This document shows positions 56,795-64,000 of a stretch of 64,000 nucleotides of DNA, in pieces. A program made the translations under genes and the position numbers. A model generated the notes under the pieces. It saw nothing but the letters and a program-made list of their open reading frames with translations. It had not been told where the DNA came from and searched no databases. This DNA is from a virus (Duplodnaviria; Caudoviricetes): IMG/VR virus record IMGVR_UViG_3300037400_002553, positions 1-64,000 of that record, one strand, 5' to 3'. Within the stretch, counting starts at the first letter, position 1. Every line of letters begins with the position of its first letter.

Positions 56795-59700
56795 ATGGAC
56801 AAACAAAAAAAGACTATTTCTATGGAAGAAGTGGGTAAATTTCTAGAAGGTAGAGACCCACAAGAACGTATAGTAAATCTGCTATACAGTTATCAAAACA
56901 ATTATGTTACCGTTGTGTACCGCAACGAAAATGATCAAAAGTGTACGAATGACGAACCATTCTTTCCTTTTGTATGGGCAACAAAGTATGCTTGCCTAAA
57001 GTTAGCACAAGTAGGTAAAGATAAACTCACGAAGATGATGCGTGAGTATGGCATCTGGGTAAAGAAACTTAGTAACACAGATGTTGACGGAAATGTAATC
57101 GATTCATTTAATGATGGTTATATGTTCCAATTCTACTCAACAAGACCGATGTCTTATCAAAAGTTTCTAGAGTTCTTTAGGAATGCAGGAAACCCAGTAT
57201 ATGGGAAAGACAATGCACAGCAAAGCGCCACAGAAAGCCGCCAATATCTCGCAATTCCACCACAAGAGCAGTTCCTAATTCAAACAGGAAAGCGCTTTTT
57301 TAAGGGATACGATGATTATGATCAACTTCTCCGAATGATATTCGACTTGGAGACCGAAGGCCTTAATCCAAGAAAAGACCGTATCAAACTAAACGGTGTT
57401 AAGTTGAACCGACCAGTTACAGTTAATGGCGTGACATATAAAGATTGGGGTCGAATATTTGATCTAAAAGGAAAAACAAAAGAGGAAAAAGATAAGTCAG
57501 AGTTGGAAATCATTGAATTAATGCTCAAACTTATCTATACTTTTAAACCAGATGTTATTACAGCACACAACGGAGAGAACTTTGACTGGAACTTCCTTAT
57601 TGTTCGATGTGAAGAACTTGGTACAAGTATGGAAGAGTTGTCAAAGAAATATTTTAATGGAGACTATATCAGAAAAGAGGAGAAGCCAAGTATTCTTAAA
57701 CTTGGTGGAGAAATTGAAGAGTTCTATAGAACAATCGTTCCAAATACAACTGTTACAGACTCTCTACATGCAGTTCGTCGAGCACAAGCAACTGATAGTA
57801 ATTTCTTAAAAGCAGACCTTAAGTATTCTTCTAAATATCTTGGTTTAAAGAAAGATAATCGTGTATATACGCCAGGTGCTGAAATTGATAAAATTTTGGT
57901 GGACACAGAACATAAATATGCTTTCAACGATAAAGATGGAGATTGGTATGTATACGATCCAAATTCTGAAAACGGAAAAGATATTGAGTTCAAAAAGGGT
58001 AAAGATGGAGATAGACCATTTGTCAAATACACACGAAACTATCTCGCTGATGGCTACGAATTAGTAACTGGCCGTTACATTATTGAACGATACTTGTTGG
58101 ATGACCTATGGGAGTGTGACAGGGTTGAATATACACTGAACGGTACTGATTTCATGTTAACAAAAATGATTCCGCTTCCATTTAGTAAATGTTGTACTAT
58201 GGGTACTGCAGGCCAATGGAAGGCTATCATGCTTGCATGGAGTTATGAAAACGGATTAGCAATACCTCTTGCAGAAAACACTGGCGCATTTACTGGAGGT
58301 TTGTCTCGACTCGTAAAGGTAGGTTATATTGATAATGTCGTAAAGTTAGACTTTAACTCTCTTTATCCATCCATTATTTTAACGTGGGCAATATCCGACG
58401 AAAATGACCTAATGAAGGCCATGCTTTACATGCTCGAATACGTATTAACTACGCGCGAAAAATATAAAGGACTAAAGAAAAGTGCTGGAAAGGTTGTTGA
58501 TAAGTTCAATGAGCGAAATAATAGTGGAGAAAAATTGACGGCAGAAGAAATTGCCGAATGGGAGCAAGCAAAGAATGAATATAAGTCCAATGATAATAGA
58601 CAGATGGTTGTTAAAAAGTTGGGTAACTCGTTCTTTGGTTCTTATGGCAGTAATAATGGTGCTGTATTCCCATGGAAATCAACAAAGTGTGCTGAGCAAA
58701 CAACTTGTACTGGTCGTCAATGCTTGCGACTTATGATTAGCCATTTCCATAATCTTGGATATCAGCCAATTGTAGGCGATACTGATGGTTTTAACTTTAA
58801 ATTACCAGATAGCAGCCAGTTTAGATATACAAAAGAACATCCATATATTGGACTTGGGCTAAACCGAGAGGTAAAGGAAGGCAAAGAATACATTGGATTT
58901 GAGGCTGATGTTGCGGAGTTCAATGATATGTATATGAAAGATTTCCATTATTCGCCTTATGCGGTAAATAAGATGGGTCTTGGAATTGATGAGGTAGTTA
59001 CATCAACCATTAACTTCTCGCGCAAGAACTATGCAGACTATTTCCCAGAGAATCCATATCCAGAGGATGTAAAACTCGTTGGAAATACCATTAAGTCAAA
59101 GAAAATGCCAGAATATATTGCAAAATTCCTCGCTATTGGTATTCGATTGTTACTACAGGGCAAAGGCCAAGCATTCCTTGATGAATATTATAATTATATT
59201 GGCAAAATTTACAACTATAAGATACCTTTGAGAGACATTGCTACAAAGGGTAAAATCAAAAAGAGTATTGAAGAGTATAAGAAAGATATTCAGGAAATTA
59301 CAAAGGCTGGTAGACCAAAGTCTCGTCAAGCATGGTACGAATTGGCAATTAAATATAACCTTATTGTTGATAATGGAGATACCGTATATTATATCAATAC
59401 TGGCAAGAGCAAATCACATTCTGATGTCAAAAAGGTAACGCATTATTACTATATCAACGAAAATAGCGATAGAGTTGAGTTTACAAAGGATATTGATAAG
59501 AAATATAAGGCCCACAAACAGGAACTTGGAGATAAGTGCTTATCAAAGCAAGCATGGATTGAACAGGAATATCCAAATTACTTTACCGAGGACGAAATCA
59601 TCTTTAATTGTGTTCCAGTTCCAAACGACGTGATTAATTCAGAAAGAGACGAGTTCTGCAGCGAAGACAACGGTATTGAATATAATGTGGCAAAGTACAT

Positions 59701-60244
59701 TGATATGTTCAATAAGCGAATCACTCCTCTACTTGTATGCTTTAGTCGAGAAATACGAGATAAGATTCTTATTGAGAACCCAGAGGATAGACAATATTTC
59801 ACGGAGCAAGAATGTGAGTTGACATCTGGAGAGCCAAATAAGCCAAGCGACCAAGATACATACGAGCAACTTATGACAATGGAGGATAAGGAAATTAAGT
59901 TCTGGTCAAAATATGACTTAGTTCCTCCGTTCTTGAAAGAGTGTGGAATGGGAGATTGGGAAGTAATCAAACAAGACTACTTTGATAGAATGGCAAAAGA
60001 AAAGGAACTCGGTGTTGATAAAGAACGCGAAGCATATTCAGAAGCATTGAATAAGTTGACAAAAGAAGAAATTAATAATTTCATTGAAGAAGGAGAAATG
60101 CCAGCGTCAATTCTTAAGATTGTTGATATCGATCCGAAATCAAACGACTTTGTTTCAAAAACTTATAGCGACGTTGTTATAGGCAGTATAAATGATATTA
60201 CCGACAAACAATGGGACTATTACTTTGATGAAATCGCGGATTAA
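56795..60244 (+). CDS. polB: Family B DNA polymerase
   Basis: Exo DLETEG, HNGENFD, YLLDD; pol LDFNSLYPS, KKLGNSFFG, VGDTDG, KNYA. Confidence 0.95.
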   Translation: MDKQKKTISMEEVGKFLEGRDPQERIVNLLYSYQNNYVTVVYRNENDQKCTNDEPFFPFVWATKYACLKLAQVGKDKLTKMMREYGIWVKKLSNTDVDGNVIDSFNDGYMFQFYSTRPMSYQKFLEFFRNAGNPVYGKDNAQQSATESRQYLAIPPQEQFLIQTGKRFFKGYDDYDQLLRMIFDLETEGLNPRKDRIKLNGVKLNRPVTVNGVTYKDWGRIFDLKGKTKEEKDKSELEIIELMLKLIYTFKPDVITAHNGENFDWNFLIVRCEELGTSMEELSKKYFNGDYIRKEEKPSILKLGGEIEEFYRTIVPNTTVTDSLHAVRRAQATDSNFLKADLKYSSKYLGLKKDNRVYTPGAEIDKILVDTEHKYAFNDKDGDWYVYDPNSENGKDIEFKKGKDGDRPFVKYTRNYLADGYELVTGRYIIERYLLDDLWECDRVEYTLNGTDFMLTKMIPLPFSKCCTMGTAGQWKAIMLAWSYENGLAIPLAENTGAFTGGLSRLVKVGYIDNVVKLDFNSLYPSIILTWAISDENDLMKAMLYMLEYVLTTREKYKGLKKSAGKVVDKFNERNNSGEKLTAEEIAEWEQAKNEYKSNDNRQMVVKKLGNSFFGSYGSNNGAVFPWKSTKCAEQTTCTGRQCLRLMISHFHNLGYQPIVGDTDGFNFKLPDSSQFRYTKEHPYIGLGLNREVKEGKEYIGFEADVAEFNDMYMKDFHYSPYAVNKMGLGIDEVVTSTINFSRKNYADYFPENPYPEDVKLVGNTIKSKKMPEYIAKFLAIGIRLLLQGKGQAFLDEYYNYIGKIYNYKIPLRDIATKGKIKKSIEEYKKDIQEITKAGRPKSRQAWYELAIKYNLIVDNGDTVYYINTGKSKSHSDVKKVTHYYYINENSDRVEFTKDIDKKYKAHKQELGDKCLSKQAWIEQEYPNYFTEDEIIFNCVPVPNDVINSERDEFCSEDNGIEYNVAKYIDMFNKRITPLLVCFSREIRDKILIENPEDRQYFTEQECELTSGEPNKPSDQDTYEQLMTMEDKEIKFWSKYDLVPPFLKECGMGDWEVIKQDYFDRMAKEKELGVDKEREAYSEALNKLTKEEINNFIEEGEMPASILKIVDIDPKSNDFVSKTYSDVVIGSINDITDKQWDYYFDEIAD

Positions 60245-60247
60245 AAG

Positions 60248-60273
60248 AAACGGGGGCTTATGCCTCCGTTTTT
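60248..60273. terminator. Bidirectional terminator
   Basis: AAACGGGGGC-TTAT-GCCTCCGTTT between convergent genes. Confidence 0.85.
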
Positions 60274-60748
60274 ATAGTTTAATAATTAGTTTTAATGGTG
60301 CTATAACCTTATCTTTTCCAACTGTTGAATAAGCCCATTTATCATTGAACATACATAGTAATACGTATTTCATGCAAGACACCTCTACGCAGTTAATCTT
60401 ACAGAATTTATCTTTTATTGAAATACCAAGCCTATTATCTATTATATCAAATTTAGGGTTATTATATCTTGCCAGTGGAATCATTAATACAACACAATTA
60501 TTATGATCGTCGGCAATTTCGTTATACTCTTCTCCGTTCGCGAGTAGTTCGGCCAATTCTTCAACTGGTATGACAGATGGCATGTCCATACATATATCAA
60601 CAACAGAATCCATGCTTCTCATTTGAGATACGGTATCAATTTCTTTTATTTCATCTCCTGTCAATTGAAGTATGTGCTCTATTGATTCATCAGTTATTTC
60701 ACCGTCAACTGTTTTTATCGGCATATATCCAAAATAATACACTATCAT
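60272..60748 (-). CDS. Hypothetical protein
   Basis: 158-aa ORF overlapping the upstream stop (ATGA). Confidence 0.7.
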   Translation of the reverse strand: MIVYYFGYMPIKTVDGEITDESIEHILQLTGDEIKEIDTVSQMRSMDSVVDICMDMPSVIPVEELAELLANGEEYNEIADDHNNCVVLMIPLARYNNPKFDIIDNRLGISIKDKFCKINCVEVSCMKYVLLCMFNDKWAYSTVGKDKVIAPLKLIIKL

Positions 60749-62595
60749 AATTCATCAGAATTATTATTTTTGTTATTATTATTGTCTTCTAGTGTTTTAA
60801 TTCTCTCCTCAAGACTTGAAATATATGAACGTAGATAATCGAATGTTTCTTTACTTTCAGAAGCATTACGCATATAGTTCTTAAATTTATTAACTTTACA
60901 CTTTTCTTCAAGAGCAGCAATCTTAGCCAACAAGTATTCAATAGAATTTTCTTCTTCAGTAGATTTTTGAATACATTTTCTAATTTTCTCGGCTCTACTT
61001 ACTGTATTTTCTTCATCGTTTTCACAACCTTCAATTATATCGTTTTCAAATAGTGCGTTGTTTTTAATTTCATTATATTGTAGTTGGCAATCATAAAATT
61101 TAAATGATCTTAAATCACCGATAAATGTTCCACCGAAGTTTTCTTCAATTGGTAATATTCTACAGTAAGGATGATTATAATTATCTACCCACATACTTTC
61201 AGCAAGGCCCTGTGTTCCTCCTCCGAGTGATATATTGAACGGAACGCCCTCTTGTTTATCGAAGTATTCGTTTAATTCTTTAAATCTAAATTCTGGTAAT
61301 TCTTTTGATACTAATTTAAGATAACCATTAACATAGATGAATATTTTCATTGTTCTATTTCCGAGCGAGTTTCCACATTTATCTACTCCACCGTCTAAAA
61401 TTTTAAACATCACATTAATAGTATTCCATTTGTCATTTTTAACTATATCAGAAAAACTATTTTCAGATATGACACCATACCCACTATCCGAGTTGCAATC
61501 TTTTACTAAATATTTATATCCAATACTACCATCTTCATTTATTTTCAAAGCAAATGCGTTATTTTCAACATCACTCATTATAGAATATTCTTTGCTTTGG
61601 CCAGTAACACTATCAAAATATTCGGCTATAGTATCAACGGTATAACCGCTTTTCCCTCTATTCATCAACAAAAATAAATTATCATTTCCAGGAAATTTCC
61701 CTTGGTCAATAACAACCTTAGTATCATCGTCATCCCACGTATCAACGGTATAGCCATTTTTTGTCCTGTCAAATATTAAAAATTTATTATCAGTGGTCAC
61801 CTCAAAATAATCGCCATTATTTAATTTATGATCATTTGACGTTTCTATTTCATTCTTATTTGAATCAAAACAATTATTTTCAAAACCATTTCTAAACGGA
61901 TACTTTGTCAAATCTTCTCCGTTGAATCTGCCAAATTTATTTTCGTTTCTCGTACCAATATAGAAGAATATACCCTTGTTTTCTGGATGTTCCACATTAA
62001 GAGTCATTCCACTTTCTTCATAATCAGTTCTAGGGCGAATTACGAACTCAAGATTCCAACATCTTTCAATATTCGCTGGCAATACCTCATAGTCAAAGCC
62101 ATTTAATTTATAAAAACCCTGCATGAAACCGCCCTTAAATGCATAATATCTATCGCGGTCATCTTGCATTACTTCTGCTTGATAATTATAGTATTTTGAG
62201 TTTCCTTGTGCTGGATATAAATGTAATTTTGCATCCCCGCTTTCCAACTCCATAGAAGAACCAGTTAGGACACCGATAAATTCATCTAAAGTTATGGTGT
62301 TATCATAAAGTATTCGGCCGTTATCAATTCCAGTAAATCCAAAGTCGTCTAATTTTACATCATTATTCAAATAATTCTCATATGTAAAACCACTAAATGA
62401 CGAAAGATTCCCATCCTCGTCTATACAACCATCTATATTTGTGTCAATATAAGAAATTAAGCACCTTTTTGTTAATTCACCATCAATTTCGACTGTGTGT
62501 GAATTGTCTTGAGAAAGAACAAAGTCTAGTTCCCTGTCTCTATTAATGATTAATCTAGGTTTCCATCTCTTATATTTATTTAAAATTTCTGCCAT
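60745..62595 (-). CDS. Putative virion protein with a concanavalin/LamG-like beta-sandwich and coiled-coil tail
   Basis: WNLEFVIRP, KWNTINV, MKIFIYVNGYL, F.G.L.SF.FY. Confidence 0.5.
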   Translation of the reverse strand: MAEILNKYKRWKPRLIINRDRELDFVLSQDNSHTVEIDGELTKRCLISYIDTNIDGCIDEDGNLSSFSGFTYENYLNNDVKLDDFGFTGIDNGRILYDNTITLDEFIGVLTGSSMELESGDAKLHLYPAQGNSKYYNYQAEVMQDDRDRYYAFKGGFMQGFYKLNGFDYEVLPANIERCWNLEFVIRPRTDYEESGMTLNVEHPENKGIFFYIGTRNENKFGRFNGEDLTKYPFRNGFENNCFDSNKNEIETSNDHKLNNGDYFEVTTDNKFLIFDRTKNGYTVDTWDDDDTKVVIDQGKFPGNDNLFLLMNRGKSGYTVDTIAEYFDSVTGQSKEYSIMSDVENNAFALKINEDGSIGYKYLVKDCNSDSGYGVISENSFSDIVKNDKWNTINVMFKILDGGVDKCGNSLGNRTMKIFIYVNGYLKLVSKELPEFRFKELNEYFDKQEGVPFNISLGGGTQGLAESMWVDNYNHPYCRILPIEENFGGTFIGDLRSFKFYDCQLQYNEIKNNALFENDIIEGCENDEENTVSRAEKIRKCIQKSTEEENSIEYLLAKIAALEEKCKVNKFKNYMRNASESKETFDYLRSYISSLEERIKTLEDNNNNKNNNSDEL

Positions 62596-62654
62596 AAATA
62601 TTGAATTATTTCTAATACTAAATATATTTATCTATAAATAAAGTATCTATAAAT

Positions 62655-63452
62655 ATGAAAAAAATACTATTCACAGAAAAACAAATAAAGTCTATTTTGG
62701 GCGAGGAAGCATTTACATATTTAGACAAAGAGGATAATGGTATGGATTTTCCAGAAGATTCTTTAGTTGCGACTGGAGGAGAGGTATTGACAAACGATCC
62801 TGATGCTGACGAATTCCCAACTACGGATAAAATCGCCGCTTCAAAAACCAGAAGTCATCCTTTCTATCGCAACTCTGGATATGGAACAATGTTTGAGGGT
62901 AAAAAAAAAATTGTAAAAAATGATGAAGGAGAAGTAGTACCAGATACATGCCCAGAGTGCGGAAGTAAAATTGGTTTATACGTTCAAGGTGAACCAGTTT
63001 ACTTATGTTCCAATAAAGAATGTGGTAAGTATTTTGGTACAATGCCATTTTCTAAAAAATTATATGAAAGAAATCATCAATTAGATGGAAGAACTTTTAG
63101 GCTCGGTAAAAAGACGAATCAGCAAATAGACAATATGGCCAATAATAATCCTGGTGATAAAATGTTGAATAATATGTCAAAGGATAAAAACGCAAGTGCA
63201 AATTGTCTTGCCGTCCGTCAAACAAGATTAAAACAAATGAAACAAAACAATCCAGAACGCTATGAACGAATTAATGGGGATAGTCTCGAAAATGCGATTG
63301 ATGATAGATTAAATATTGCAAGAGCGGAAACAAAAACAGCATCATCAAATATTCAAGAGCCTCTTATGAATACGATTCAAACAGCAAGAACTGGGACTGG
63401 AAAAGGTCATAGGAAAAATAATGGAACAACAATTTATTACGAAAATAATTAA
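62655..63452 (+). CDS. Putative head-associated protein with a Zn ribbon
   Basis: MKKILFTEKQIKSILGEE N-terminus; CPEC...CSNKEC. Confidence 0.55.
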   Translation: MKKILFTEKQIKSILGEEAFTYLDKEDNGMDFPEDSLVATGGEVLTNDPDADEFPTTDKIAASKTRSHPFYRNSGYGTMFEGKKKIVKNDEGEVVPDTCPECGSKIGLYVQGEPVYLCSNKECGKYFGTMPFSKKLYERNHQLDGRTFRLGKKTNQQIDNMANNNPGDKMLNNMSKDKNASANCLAVRQTRLKQMKQNNPERYERINGDSLENAIDDRLNIARAETKTASSNIQEPLMNTIQTARTGTGKGHRKNNGTTIYYENN

Positions 63453-63504
63453 AAACTATTGATTTTTTGAAAATAATAATTATAATATAAACATAGAATA
63501 AGAT

Positions 63505-63870
63505 ATGGCACAACAATCTAGATTGGAAAAAGAAGCGTTCATCAAAAGACCAGAACTTGAAATGATGAACACATATCAGGATGATATTAACGAATATTCT
63601 TCTGAACATAAAAATGCAATAAGCGACGGAGACGTTAAAGGTAAAGGTGTGGGCGGTTCCGCTCATCCATATTTATTACCTAATCCAGACGAACCAAAAA
63701 CAAGTTATAAACCAACATTAAGAACCGACGATGGCGGTGGCGCATTAGACATTGCACAAAGAGAAACATTAGAAAATATCAACATTTACAGTAGAGAGAA
63801 TCAATATGGCCCAAATTTTGTTGACACAAGTAAAAATGTTGCAGATGGTCAATATGTTGTTATCAAGTAA
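63505..63870 (+). CDS. Conserved phage protein, probably structural
   Basis: QSRLE...N.Y...EYS..H.NA.SDGD.KGKG.G pattern. Confidence 0.55.
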   Translation: MAQQSRLEKEAFIKRPELEMMNTYQDDINEYSSEHKNAISDGDVKGKGVGGSAHPYLLPNPDEPKTSYKPTLRTDDGGGALDIAQRETLENINIYSRENQYGPNFVDTSKNVADGQYVVIK

Positions 63871-64000
63871 TGGCAAAAATAAATAATACAATATTAAGAA
63901 AAGCAGTAAACGAGGCCGCCACCCCACAACAAGTTACCGATGCCATCAAAAAGAGATATGGCGTATGGATAAAATATGGTAATGGAAATGAAAAGGGTGG
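63870..64000 (+). CDS. 5' part of a gene running off the window (possibly WYL-like)
   Basis: TAATG overlap; MAKINNTILRKAVNEAATPQQVTDAIKKRYGVWIKYG. Confidence 0.5.
   Translation, partial: MAKINNTILRKAVNEAATPQQVTDAIKKRYGVWIKYGNGNEKG

Noticed and set aside
56795-60244. Intein or intron in the large DNA polymerase (also considered for RecA and the helicase)
   Set aside because: Catalytic motifs are in normal order, and I saw no LAGLIDADG blocks, HN-C/S/T junction or frame break
933-63666. Many 60-140-aa ORFs antisense to or nested in long genes (e.g. 933..1238, 5219..5593, 13987..14406, 40883..41314, 59578..59970)
   Set aside because: They are shadows of codon bias or repeats in the real genes, with no recognisable motifs or independent signals
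1-64000. Stop-codon reassignment (code 15) in this window
   Set aside because: Genes up to 1836 aa are open in the standard code and coding density is already near complete; I saw no genes fragmented at TAG
1-64000. tRNA or rRNA genes
   Set aside because: No cloverleaf with T-loop/D-loop consensus or rRNA-like GC-rich stretch was seen; the 44.2 and 45.2 kb hairpins are rod-like, not tRNA-like

Overview
A 64-kb, very AT-rich segment of a large T4-like (myovirus) jumbo/mega-phage genome, most likely infecting a gut or rumen Bacteroidota host. The host call is inferred from fibre domain types, A-rich translation starts and a -7-like promoter box. Genes read intact in the standard code. Left: recombination and nucleotide genes (RecA/UvsX, thymidine kinase, gp32-like SSB). 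6-33 kb: contractile-tail module with two giant baseplate proteins (one with an M15 peptidase domain, one with an OmpA-like domain), tape measure, tail chaperones, tube, sheath and neck genes, plus three endonuclease-like genes. 33-56 kb: a fibre/adhesin cluster (YadA-like, BspA-LRR, InlB-B and LPATTLA-repeat proteins) interrupted by an SNF2 helicase block. Right: amidase endolysin, family B DNA polymerase and head-associated genes. Main leads: (1) two tandem paralogous genes of unknown function, each met head-on by an unannotated ~70-nt hairpin with the same promoter-like 11-mer, the same spacing and a U-tract (putative sRNA/protein pairs); (2) a G8 tract plus AGGAGG junction that could toggle coupling between fibre-tip genes, next to a frameshifted tip gene; (3) a 58-aa ORF resembling a free major-capsid-protein N-terminal propeptide; (4) a probable G/GT-type frameshift before the tape measure gene; (5) two strand-specific promoter motifs; (6) a palindrome-dense origin-like spacer. 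All family calls come from motif recognition by eye; no database searches were run.
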